Translations under genes and position numbers: made by a program
The notes under the pieces: generated by a model
Seen by the model: the letters and a program-made list of their open reading frames with translations, nothing else
The model's database searches: none
What the model was told of the DNA's origin: nothing
Shown here: one piece after another, positions 49,813 through 62,341 of the stretch
Layout: every line of letters starts with the position of its first letter
Numbering within the stretch: the stretch's first letter is position 1
NCBI GenBank assembly: GCA_052327205.1
Contig: CM126224.1
Coordinates: 23,560,001-23,624,000 of the forward strand
Source of the DNA: Somniosus microcephalus
Taxonomy: Eukaryota
DNA length: 64,000 nt
Reading direction: 5' to 3'

Positions 49813-52020
49813 GTCTTCAGGCGCTATTTGGGTCCAGCAGCAGTGTTCAGGCCTAGCTGGAGGGCTCCACTATCCAGGGCGTGGCAGCAGACACAGTCGG
49901 CCCTTCCCCCTTAAGAGCTGGCCGGCGCCAGGGTGTCTGCTGTCAATCACGAGATGGCCGCACCTGCGCTGCGCCCGGCCTCGGCGCTATCGATCACCAC
50001 CTCCGGCTTAGCGCCCAAAGAGAGGCGTCCAGCAGCAGTTTTAGCGCTCGCCCGAACTCCTAGGGCGAAGCTAATGAATATCGGAGAAGTGGCATCGATT
50101 TGGCGGCGGCCGCAAACTTTAGCGGACGCCCCACTTTAGCGCCCCAAAAGTGGCGTCAATGAATTTCTAGGCCCATATTTCCACCATATTGGTTTGCAGT
50201 TGATCCTGATAATTCGAAAGAGATTGGTAATCTCTACAAGCCAACACCCTTTCCCCCTACCCCTCTCCATTTCTCTTTATGTATCCAATTTGACTCGAAT
50301 TCACCCTATTTCCTTCAGTCGTTCCTCAATTACTTTCTCTATCCCTACATTTCATTGGTTAAGGAAGGACACAGTTTGGTCCCGTTGGTGACCTCGGCAT
50401 ACCGTTATCAGCTCACTCTTCCAGCAATTTGCCGTGCATTACTTCACGGTGAAGGGTGAGGTAAAAAAGTCTAACAAACAGGGCACGCCGCCAGATGCCT
50501 CACTCCAACAAAGTCTGGGCCAATGTATGCAGAGTAGATTTTGACAGGGAAAAATACTATTTGAATTAATTTGCAAAATAATGTAGAACCAATTACATTA
50601 ATACTAGAACAGAAGATAACTACAATTTATAGCAAAGTTCATCAGAGCTCACGCCAGCCCTTCTCCAGCAGTTTGAACAATCTGTTGGAATAGAAAGACG
50701 GAGCCCTGTAAATTGGCACACGGCACCAACAATCCTGTCATCCCCTTCCCCTGAACAAAACAACAACCTCCCTTGAACTAAATGCAACTCACCTGCTTTT
50801 AACCCAGTTTTGGCATACAGAATAAAACAGCAATTCGTGACAGATGCGGTGATGACTTTGTGATGTGAATGATCCGACTGCATTGTATGTTTCTCAACAG
50901 CAAAGAGAGAAATGCACTGCAAACTAAATGAGACAAATCCTCCTTTAGGCTTCATAAGAAAAGTCAATGAAGAAACAGGGAGGGAAGGAAGGAAGGGAGG
51001 GAAGGAGGAAAGGGAAAACGTACGAGCTCATTGGCATCCTTGCAACAGCTTCAGAAACCCCAGTCCTTCCCCAAGAATTGATCATCCCGCCTGTACCAGG
51101 GAACGTGGAAGCATACAATAGCTCTGTACTAGTAGAAAATCAGAAAACCTCACTGGGCCTGGTAGGAGATAGGACATATTCATTCCCCCAGATGCACGTC
51201 ACCATTATACCTCTCAACGATCAAACACTGACTGCACAACCTGGGATTGCCGCCAAACCACAAAATATTCTACTGAGTTACTGAGGAACACCCCTCCCCA
51301 GGCCAGTTATCGAAACTACAAAAATTAAACTACAGCTAGTCAACCTTCTGCAGCATTACTCAGACAATAAAATGTCTTGTCTTCATGCGACGTTTATGCT
51401 CATCGCCCATGTTCAGTTTTTATGTCATCTTCCACACGTTCTTTCATGTATGTGTGTGTATCGCCAAGTTTTTGTCACTCTTGGGCCAGTCGGTTTCCTC
51501 TTTTCTGCACGTCACCCATTTTATGGATGCCCGTCTTGCAATTTGGCTTTCTCTACATCCATTTTTTTTTTAAACGTTCTGATCTTTTGCTCCTTTGAGT
51601 CTCAAATAGATGCCAAGCTGTGGTGCTGTTGTTTAATCCATGTAGGATAGCCATTTCTCTGTCTTGCTGGAACACACACACACACTTTTTCTTTTGGGGA
51701 AAAAAAGGATAGTTGAACTTGGAAAGTTTTGAACTTAAGGGGCTCGATTTTGCCATTGGGGGCAGGCTGGGGCATGTCAAGTGGTTTGCATGTCAGGACC
51801 CCGACTCCGATGTGAAGTGGGAAAAAGAGTGTGATTTTGCCCTAATTGAGCACTTGATTTCCAGCGTGTGGGAACCCCTGGCCCAATGAGTCTTTTCATA
51901 CAGAAAGTCGCCTCCAATGACATCATCAATGCTGCTGGATTTAAGGCCTGCAAGCAGCCTTGCTTCTTCTGGAGACTTTAAACTTTATGCCCATTGTTGT
52001 GATCGCTTCATTCAGCACCT

Positions 52021-54730
52021 ATGTCCAGCAGTAGGCCAAAGTGTGCTCCAAGATTTGATGAGGCCTCCCTCCAAGCTCTGGTGGAGGGAGCAAGATCAAA
52101 TAAGGAGGTGCTCTTCCCTTCCTCAAGGAGGAAAAAGCCTCCCCAGCAGACTAAAGCTGTGTGGATGCAAGTGGCCCAAGAGGTCAACTCAATCTCTATG
52201 TGCCACAGAACCTGGCTGCAGTGCGGGAAGAGGTTTCATGACATTCTCCGCACAGGAAAAGTGAGCAGGACTTTCCCATCACCCTCAATCTGATCCCCAT
52301 CGCCTCTCCTCACCAGCACTCTGCTTTGCCAACCTCTTCCTCCACATCCCACTTGACACTTACATCCCTGCATCCTTACCCACTCCCTCTCTCTCTATGG
52401 TCACATTCACTTAACTATTCGACCATGCAGCCCTCACACTCCCTATCACTGTGACGCAATGACAACAGCTTACAACACACAGGGAGGGCCCTTTGTCTCC
52501 TTCCAAGCATCCATGCTATGGATTCTCTACACTCACTCCTTCATTCTCACTCAAACTCCACTTGTGTCCCTCATTGCAGGAAAAGGGAGCCCACAATAAG
52601 AGGGAAAGAGCGAGGACAGGAGGAGGGCCACCCTCAGTAGCCCAGCTCACCACCTCGGAGGAGGCGGCCATGGAAATAGTCGGTGTCGAGGAAGATTCGC
52701 AAGTGGGGGACGGACAAACGGGTGCATCACAGCAAGCTGGTGACAGAATAGTTTGGCATCTCTCTCATTGACATTGCATGAGTCACTGATAATGATTCTG
52801 ATGCTCTAACAGCTTGACTTATGATCATCTGCACAATTCAATGTGCATGCAACCTTTACCTCACATCTCTAACTCTTTCCTTTACTCCCCCACAGGACCA
52901 TCGACAGCCCCCGTCCCCACTGTCCAGGAGGAACAGCCTGAGCTTCAAGGCTCCTCACAGGGAGCTGCAACCTCTGAGGGTGCAGCATCAGCAGAATTCA
53001 GCTCACCCAGCACCAGCACAGACACTCACCTCGGTGGGACCTTCGCGAGATAGAGTAGTGTTGTCACCTGGTGTATCACAGCTCACAAGTGAGCATCAGC
53101 AAATGGTGGAGACAGGGACAGTAGTGGAGAGACCTTGTCGGAGGGTGCAGGACTCTGCCAGCTCGGCTCAACTGCATGTCGACCCTGTGCCTCCGGGTCC
53201 ATCCAGAAGGAGAGTGGTGCTGGAACTCCAGGAGCAGGTGCAGGAGTCTCTGGTAGGTTTTGTCTCCAGGATCGCTGTGAGTGTGGAGTCAATGGAGGAG
53301 TCCATCGCAAACATGAGCAGAGCCTTTGTGGAGGCATTGGCACATGAACGCATCACCATGGAAAGGAGAGGTTGAGTAGATTGGGACTCTACTCATTGGA
53401 GTTCAGAAGAATGAGAGGCGATCTTATTGAAACATATAAGATTGTGAAGGGGCTTGATCGGGTGGATGCGGTGAGGGTGTTCCCAATGATGGGTGAAACT
53501 AGAACTAGGGGGCATAATCTTAAAATAAGAGGCTGCTCATTCAAAACTGAGATGAGGAGAAACTTCTTCACTCAGAGGGTGGTAGGTTTGTGGAATTTGC
53601 TGCCCCAGAAAGCTGTGGAAGCTACATCATTAAATAAATTTAAAACAGAAATAGATAGTTTCCTAGAAGTAAAGGGAATTAAGGGTTACGGGGAGTGGGC
53701 AGGAAATTGGACATGAGTCTAGGTTCGGAATGGTCATGGCCCTGTGGGTAGTGGAGTGGGCCCAGGGGCCGTGTAGCCTTGTTCTGCACCTACTGTGTTC
53801 TAATTCTGTGTTAGATTTCAGGAGATGGTTTTATTCCTGTTCCTGGCTGGGGTGGCGATCGCCTTTACAGAAGGTAAGTACTGTAGAAAATATAGGGACA
53901 GAGTGATCTCCTGGAAGAAATTCGATCGCCTAGATGGGTCGGAGAGGAATTTCCCAGATTTTTTTCTCCCAAATTGGCCATTGGGTCTTTATCTGTTTTT
54001 TCGCCTCTCCCGGGAGATCACATGGGTTCGGGTGGATGCAGAGTGATAGAAGATTTGAGGTTAGGATCAGATCAGCCATGATCTTATTGAATGGTGGAGC
54101 AGGCTCGAGGGGCCGATTGGCCTACTCCTGTTCCTATTTCTTATGTTCTTATGTTCTTATAGCAACCTCCATGGAAAGGATGGCTACAGCCATGGAGGAG
54201 CTAGTCACCAGAGTGTTGAAAACATGGTCATTGTTCAGAATAGACTGGCATCTCTTGAGGAGTGATGGTCAGCTATTGAGCATAGAAACCAGACCTTCAT
54301 GGAAGTCCTCTGGAGTAGGACTTCCAGTGCAGAAACGGGTCCTCATGGCCCCCCTGAAGTGCAGCAAGGTGCTGTCAAGCCACTTGCTAGCTCTGAAGTG
54401 GAGCTGACCCATGAGAGGGATGTTGGTGGCAGACAACAAGGAAGTGGGGGCTCCGCTCCAAGCGCTCACATGATCATACCACTGCAAAGCCCTCGGTCAG
54501 AGCCCTACCAGAGTCCTCACCCAACTGAGATGGGCGTCTCATCCCCTGCACAGCCGGGATTCGCACACAGGTTCGCAACCCCAGAGGACGGCCGCCAAAG
54601 GTGCCGAGACAGGAGCAGCAAGAAAGTGAGCAAAGGGCCTCCACACCTGCTGAAGCCACAGGGGAAGCACCACGTAGGAGCACATGTAAGAGGAAGATTA
54701 TGCACAAGTAGTCACAAGGGGACTCGTAAA
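52021..54730 (+). pseudogene. Harbinger Myb/SANT-like gene (exons 52021-52260, 52580-52739, 52896 onward), disrupted by a frameshift and a CR1 insertion
   Basis: APRFDEASLQALVEG...WMQVAQEVNS...RTWLQCGKRFHD|GT; exon 2 EKGAHNKRERARTGGG; heptads ITMER/IATSMERMATAMEE are split by the CR1. Confidence 0.85.
53366..54160 (+). mobile_element. CR1 3' fragment with an extended 3' UTR
   Basis: RLGLYSLEFRRMRGDLIETYKI...; (TTCTTATG)n tail. Confidence 0.9.
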
Positions 54731-55930
54731 AATCAACATTTCATTGTGCAGTACACACGTCTGCTGCATATATGACAAATAAAAAAAAAATTGAATTGAA
54801 TTGAATTGAAAGGGTAGTCACTTGGGTGTTATGTTGTGTTTATTTTTGAAGTGCCATCAGCTGCTTGTTGTGATAAAAAATTCTGCTGGCAAACTGTTGA
54901 AGTTGTGGCTGGCATCATTTCGCAAATGGGACTTCCACATTGAGGGCTTAGAGTGACTTGCAATTGTCAGTATGGTGGTCAGAGTGATAGAAATTCACAG
55001 GTTCTTGTCCATTGTCGATGCTCTGGTAAGAAGGTGTGAAGCAAAAGAATTTGATTGTGCAGGCTAAGCAAATCTGGCCAACATGAGCACGTCCCTTGCA
55101 TCCCGGGCAGCAATGTTGTCGCGCTGGCGCCTTCTGGCCTGTACAGTTTCAGGTGGGTGAGCAGCAGCTTGGCGCTCCTATTGTTGCTGCTGCTGTTGTT
55201 CATGGTTCTGCTGCTGCCACGGCTGGTCTTCGTCCAAATCTGATGTCCAGGAGGAAAGGAAATAAATGGTTCCCATGCTTCTGGAATATGCCTCAGTTGA
55301 GGAAGTGCTCAGTCAAGGTGGGGAGAGGGGTTTCCCAGGAGGTCACACTGGAGATGGGTATCAGGCTCCAAACTTCCACAACAATGAGTAGGCCTGCTAA
55401 AAGTTCCCCCAGACCTGAGACAACAAAGTTCTGCCACCTGCAAATGATCTTTGGTGAAAACTCCTTTTTAATGGTGGAGCTGCAGCTGTTAGTAAGCAAT
55501 CCACTTGAAGCCACCAGGATTAACTGGCGTGTTCCAGAGGAGATGTGCAGGATGGGGGAAATGTGCTAAAATCAGAAAGGCCTCACAAAATGGCATTATA
55601 GAGGCAATTAACTGGTTGTTAAGGGCCTTAAGGGCCTATCCTGTTATGTATTGTGTGTTCTATTGTGTGTTCTCCTCCCACCTGTGGTGGCGCTGTTACA
55701 GGAGATAAATGGTTGGGTGTTCTCTGTTAAGTTTAGCTCTCTTTGTTCGGAACTCTCCAGAACTTCCTTTCCTTCCAATAAAGCACTTCATGTTTGAATC
55801 TCTGAGTTCTGAGTCCTAAATTGTGTCTAGGTAGAAAGGTACCGACACAACAAGTGGCAACGAGGAGCGGATGAATCTGCGTACGTTACGGGTGCAGTGA
55901 GTAAACAGAAAATTTAATTTGAAACGTGAG

Positions 55931-58900
55931 ATGGCTACTATATTAGGAAACATCGGTGATTTTGATGAAAATGTGGAGCAATGGAGCGCTTATACAGAAC
56001 GTTTTGACTATTTTGTATTGGTGAATGCAGTGGCAAATGAAAAGGTCGTGCCTACCTTTTTGAGTGTAATCGGACCGAAGACATTCAATTTACTTCGCAG
56101 CCTCGTGCAACCAGATAAGCCAGGAACTAAAACATATAAGCAACTAATGGAAATTCTTGGAGCACATTTTTCACCAAAACCTCTGGTCATTGCGGAGAGA
56201 TTTAGATTTCACAAACGGAATCAAGAGGAGGGAGAATCAGTGACGATGTTTATTGCTGCTTTAAAAAGGTTGTCGGAACACTGCCAGTTCAAGGAGGTAC
56301 TGAATGACACCATTAGAGACAGACTTGTGTGTGGTCTGCAAAATGCAGCCACACAGAAGTGCCTTCTTACAAAGGACAACCTTACTCTTGAAAAGGCCGT
56401 TGAAGTTAGTGTCTCCATGGAGATGGCGGAAAAGGAGGCTCACCAGTTGAGTTCAACAGGGAGAGTTCACAAGGTGTCGTCTGAGCCTAAAGGTGCGCAG
56501 AACGGCACATGTTACCGTTGTGGGAAAACGGGCCATCACGCTAATGACTGCTGGTGTACGGAGCTGGAATGCTGAAATTGTGGCAAAAAGGGTCACATTG
56601 AACGCGCCTGTAGAGGTAAAAAAAGAACAGACAGAGCTGGGAAGCATGGAAGCAAAATGTCTGTATTTGGACAAGAGAGGAAAAAGAGTGTTCATTCAGT
56701 GCAGTATGATGGAACAAGCAAAACAGAGGGGAGCGACACCTCTGAGGAGGAAGAGGTGCACATACTGATGGTTGCAGGTGATTCAAATGGCTACTGGGTG
56801 TCACCACTGGTGGAGGGACAATCAGTGTGGATGGAGGTGGACACAGGCGCAGCTGTGTCCCTTGTTTCAGACACTGTTTACAACAAAATGCTAAAGCATC
56901 TTATTCTTCAGCCAACAAACATTGTGCTAAAGACGTATACCGGCGAACCTGTGGCCATGAGAGGAGTCATTGAGGTGACAGTTAAATTGAATGGACAGAC
57001 TGCAAAACTGCCACTATATGTGGTAAAGGGAAATTACCCATCGCTGCTGGGACGTGCGTGGCTAGAGAAAATCACGCTGGACTGGCCTGCAGGCCGCATG
57101 ATGTCAAAAGGGGAGTCAGGTCTGACTGCAGTGTTAAACAAACATGCAGAACTCTTCAATGGGGAACTTGGGAGCATGAAAAAGATCAGCGTGAGACTGG
57201 ACATTAAACCTGACAGCAAGCTGAAGTTTCACAAAGCCCGACCTGTACCCTATGCAATTAGGCCAAAAGTTGAGGTTAACTTGAAGGCCTTAGTTGAGAA
57301 TGGAGTCCTGGAGCCTGTGAGCGTGAGCAAATGGGCCACACCCATTGTTCCTGTCCTGAAAAAGGATGGATCTGTTCGAATCTGTGGGGATTTTAAAGTG
57401 ACTATTAACCCGGTGCTGTCTGTGGAACAGTACCCTCTTCCCCTCATTGAGGATCTTTTTACGGGCCTGGCCGGAGGGCAAAAGTTCAGCAAAATAGACT
57501 TATGCCAGGCTTATCTACAAATGCATGTCGGTGACAAATCAAAGGAGCTGCTGACAATTGTGACACACAAGGGGCTATACAGGTACTGCCGCCTTCCGTT
57601 TGGAATTACGTCGGCCCCTGCTCTATTCCAAAAGGGCAATGGATCAGATTTTGAGTGGACTGCCAGGAGTCCAGTGCTACCTGGACGACATCCTTGTCAC
57701 TGGGACAAATGAGGAGGATCATCTTCTGAACTTGGATGCGACACTACAACGACTGAAAGAGTACGGACTCAGAGTTCGTAAAGACAAATGTGAATTCTTT
57801 CAGTCTTCAGTTGAGTACCTGGGGCATGTGATTGACGCTACTGGCCTGCATAAGGCGCTGTCAAAGGTCAAGGCGATCGTGGAGGCCCCAGCACCCCAGA
57901 ATGTGAGCCAGTTACGTTCATTTCTGGGGCTACTTAACTACTATGGGAAGTTTATTCCAGACTTAGCAACATTGCTGAAGCCATTACATCAGTTGCTATG
58001 TCAAGGCAAAACATGGAAATGGACTGAACTGTGCAACGAAGCTTTCGCCCAAGCAAAGAAAGCATGGCTGAAATCGGAGGTCCTGACACACTTCGACCCA
58101 AAGCTGCCCGTGCAGCTAGCATGTGATGCATCACCATATGGTGTGGGAGCAGTCATATCCCACATCATGCCTTCGGGTGAAGAGAAACCTATCGCCTTCG
58201 CATCACGCACCTTGAACAAGGCCGAGAGTAACTATGTGCAGATCGAGCGCGAGGCCTTGGGAATCGTTTTTGGAATTCAAAAATTTCATCAGTACCTGTT
58301 TGGGAGAAGGTTCACACTCCTGACGGACCACCGTCCATTGACTTCAATCTTCGGGCCCCACATCAGAATTCCGTCTCTCGCTGCAAGCAAGATGCAAAGG
58401 TGGGCTTTACTGTTGTCAGGACACACATACGACATCAAATATCGCAAATCAGACTTGCACGGCAACGCAGACGGTCTCTCGAGGCTACCCTTGCCTGTTA
58501 CTCCCCCAGAGCCTCGTCAGATAGACATCTTCTACTTTAGACAAGTGGAGGGAGCACCTGTCACTGCAGTTCAGGTGCGAAGGTACACCCGCAGCGATCC
58601 AGTCCTGTCTGAGCTAATGGACGATGTCATTCGAGGGAGAGCTATAGGAGATTCTCCTAGTTTGAAACCTTATGTTTCAAAAAGAAATGAGCTCTCCGTC
58701 CAAGCAGGTTGTCTTCTTTGGGGATGCCGTGTCATCATTCCGCCACCTCTGAGGGAACCTATACTGCAACAACTTCATACAGGCCACAATGGGATGGTTC
58801 GGATGAAGGAAATGGCAAGATGCTACTTCTGGTGGCCAGGTCTCGATGGGAATATTGAGGAGAAAGCCAAAACATGTTCCCCATGTCAAAGGGTCCGGAA

Positions 58901-59917
58901 TGTTCCACAGCTGGCAACCCTACACCCCTGGGATTAGCCTGCAGAAGTGTGGCAGCGAGTACATGTGGACTTTGCCGGTCCTTTCGAAGAGAAGATGTTT
59001 ATGGTGGTTGTGGATGCTCGTAGCAAGTGGCCGGAGGTCGCTGTGATGAGGTCTACCACGGCAGAGCAAACAATTGAGAAACTTGGTGAGATGTTCAGCC
59101 GTTATGGCTCACCGGAACAACTCGTAAGTGACAACGGTCCACAATTTGTATCACAGGAGTTTGCAACCTTCCTGCATGTGAATGGTGTCCAACACATCAG
59201 GTCTGCGCCCTATCATCCCTCTACTAACGGCTAGGCAGAAAGGTTTGTGCAAACTTTGAAGCACGCCTTGAAGGCATCGCAAGATCAGGGCTCAATCCAC
59301 CAACGTCTGAACAGCTTCCTGTTGTCCTACAGGAACGAGCCGCATGCCACAACCAAAATTCCCCTGCTTCGTTCATGATGAAGAGGCAGTTGCGGACAAG
59401 TTTTGACTTACTCAAACCTCCAAGGGCAGAACAGGTTGTCCATCGTCAACAACAAGCTCAAGTTGAAAAGAGAGAGAAAAGAGCCAAGGAGAGACGGTTT
59501 CACCCTGGAGAGCACGTCCTAGCTCGAAACTACAACACTGGACCGAAATGGGTTCCTGCTACGGTGATCGCGCAGACGGGCCCTGTGCCTTACACGGTTG
59601 AGACTGCTGAGGACGTCTTCTGGAGAAGACACACAGATCAACTGTTGCTAGGAGCAGAGGCAGCCACAGAGGCTCCAACGGCTGGTTGGCCTGAACTGTT
59701 TCCGGATGATACCGCAAACCAGCATCCTTTGCCACAGTGCTCTTCTCCAACACAGGAAGTCAAAGAGACTGTTCCACCTGTGCAAACTCCTGACTTTCAA
59801 CTGACACAGGCACCTTCTCCATCCAGGCCTGTGTCAATGCCTACTGCTGTGAAAGCCAGCGATGACCACCGGTATCCTGTCAGAGAGCGGCGGCCTCCAA
59901 GACGCTTGGATCTGTAG
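55931..59917 (+). pseudogene. Disrupted gag-pol of Gypsy element 2
   Basis: Two CCHC knuckles, EVDTGAAVS, RICGDFK, YLDDIL, LACDASPYG, LTDHRPL, H..H/C..C, HVDFAGP, VSDNGPQF. About 5 stops or frameshifts. Confidence 0.94.
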
Positions 59918-60076
59918 GCTTAGTGACTTACCCACAAGACTGGGGCAGAATAAACCCCAGGGTAAAGTCAGGGTTTGAGGCAGTCTACCTCTACCCTAGG
60001 TTCGTTGAGTGCATTGAAAGTAACTTACCTGTTGAGGAATAATGTGGACCTTCCATTTAAGAGGGGAGGAAATGTT

Positions 60077-62341
60077 GGGCCAGAAATTCCAGAACGGGGC
60101 TTGCAGCGCGTGCAAGCCCCGTATTTGCACTTACCCCACGCTCCTGCCGATCAGCTTCTGGGACGCCTGAACTTGGAGAAATAGAAAGCACATTCCCGGG
60201 CAGCGTATGACGTCACGCCGCCCAGGAGTGCAGCCAGCGCGGACCCAGGAGCGTGCAGTGTAAGTGAGACACGCCCCTTGAGGTCTCAGTTTCACTGGAC
60301 ACGCCCCCAATGTTTCTGTCAAGCTGCTTTGCTTTTTTACATGCAAAGCAGCAGTTTAAATAGGTTTTTGGAAGTTTTTTGAAGATTTTGGTAACTTTTA
60401 TAAACTTTTTAAAATGTTTACATTATTTTGAGTAATCTGAAGTAGTTTTAAAGAGAATTAAAGCAATTTAAAGACTTTTAAAAGCCCTAAAAGAATTTTT
60501 TTAATTCCATTTATTTATTTAGCAATGTCGTCGTCATACGTGTCTTCACACTGTTCCCTTTGGGGAACTGTATGAAGTGGTGGAAGGATTTATGGCCGTG
60601 ATTAACGCTCATTCCGTGACCGTAACCATCTTTGAACCAGCCATTAGGGCGGTTAGTCCTATGGCGGGAGGGTTTTATGGGCTCCCACAAGCTATACAAG
60701 GAGGGGGGGCCACCCACACCCACGGACGCAAATATCCCACTGGATGTCAACCCAGAATTTAGAGCCAGAGCTCCGACTCCACTTGCCGGGACTGTCTGGA
60801 GCGGGGTTCGAAACCCTACCCTGATCTGGCCCAGCGGCGGGGATCCTACCGCTATGACAAACGCCCAATCCGATTAGCAACGTGAAATGGCAGCATAGGG
60901 CTCCAGTCACGGGGAGGGAAAAGGTGCAGGAAACGTATGGGTGTCACCTTTTGTGCGGAGTGGGCCTTTTGCGTAGCAGTAAGCATCCCCGCCGCTGGGC
61001 CAGAAGGAGTAGGGTTTTGAACCCCACTCCAGACAGTCCCGGCAAGTGGAGTCGGAGCTCCAACTTTAAATTCTGGGTGGACATCCAGCGGGATACTTGC
61101 GTCCGTGGGTGTTGGTGGCCCCCCCCCCCCTCAGATGGGTTGTGGGAGCCCGTAAAACCCTCCCGCCATAGGACTAACCACCCTAATGGCTGGTTCAAAG
61201 ATGGTTACGGTCACGGAATGAGCATTAATCGCGGCCATAAATCCTTCCACCACTTCATACAGTTCCCCAAAGGGAACAGTGTGAGGAAACGTCCGATGAT
61301 GACCTCTTGCGCAATGCACCTCCTTGGACCCTCAGTCGCAGATGCGAGGGGGCAAGTCGTGCAAGTGTTAAATTTTTTATTTTATTGACATGTAAAATGT
61401 TGGCCCAATAATTCCCTTCCAAATGCGCTAGTACGGTCGGGGTACTTACGCATCTGGCCGGATGAAATGCCGGTTTTCAGCATGCACAGTGCATGTGGGG
61501 AAAACCGGCATTTCCTGTCCTCTGAACGAAGGGGTTCAGAGGCAGAACGCGTGCGACTGCACATGCAGCGCGTGCGCAGTATAATTCGCCGCTTTCATTA
61601 ATGCTTTCAGTGAGGTCCAGTCATTACAACTTACACATGAAAAAAGCATGGGTACAGTTGCTACAGGGGCTGCGGAGGAAGATATTTCTTATCGTGGAGC
61701 TTCTGAAAGTATGTATGTCTGTATATATTCCTTTGCGTGTTATGTATATATTCCTTTACTTATGTGTATGAATGTATTATTTAATTATGACTTTCAGAGA
61801 AAGTAACTTATTGGAAAATCATAATTAAAAACATACATTCATAGTAAAGGAATATAAAACATACATACATATACGTAAAGGAATATATGTGGACATACAT
61901 ACATAACTCATTCTCACATTCCATTCACACAGCCACAATTGCTCCTTCTACCTACCGTTCTGAAAACCCTTTAAAAAAAAAAAAAAATTTTAACTTTAAA
62001 ACTTACTTAAAATTTCTTAAAATAACTTCCCTCCCTTTCCCAAACAAAAATATTGCATTTCAAAAGCTCCACGATAAAATATATCTTCCTCCGCAGCCAA
62101 TGAACCACTTTACACTTGCTTTTTTTCAGTGTAACTTCTAAGGACTTAACCTCATGGATTTCATGAATGAAATCCACGAAGTTCACTGCGCAAGCGCTGC
62201 CTGTGCAGTCGCGCGCGCTCGAGGTCTGGAAATGCCGGCGTTCCCCGCATGCGCTGTTCATGCTGAACGCCGGCATTTCCAACGGCCAGAAGCGTGAGTA
62301 AGCCGACCGTACTCACGCTTCTGGCCTGGAATTTCTGGCCC
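60077..62341. mobile_element. 2.26-kb non-autonomous Harbinger-type element inserted in the 3' LTR
   Basis: Perfect 16-bp TIR GGGCCAGAAATTCCAG / CTGGAATTTCTGGCCC; TSD GTT at 60074-60076 and 62342-62344; no transposase. Confidence 0.92.
60527..61303. repeat. Long inverted repeat (arms ~60527-60872 and ~60956-61303, spacer ~85 bp)
   Basis: For example CACACTGTTCCCTTTGGGGAACTGTATGAAGTGGTGGAAGGATTTATGGCCG appears in exact reverse complement at ~61232-61283. Confidence 0.95.

Larger units (their letters stand above)
45738..50174. mobile_element. Near-intact autonomous PIF/Harbinger DNA transposon
   Basis: TIR GGCCTAGAAATTCA / TGAATTTCTAGGCC(C). Convergent transposase and Myb/SANT genes with back-to-back polyA signals at ~47502-47521. 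TSD ambiguous. Confidence 0.93.
41037..50246 (+). mobile_element. Solo LTR (~1.2 kb net) split by three nested insertions
   Basis: Termini TGTTGG...CCAACA with 4-bp TSD CCCT at 41033-41036 and 50247-50250. Residual pieces ~41037-41367, 42127-42571, 45425-45737, 50175-50246. Strand tentative. Confidence 0.7.

Noticed and set aside
61280-61310. Hammerhead-like words (GAAAC...GATGA) at the fold-back edge
   Set aside because: No CTGANGA core and the required stems cannot be formed.
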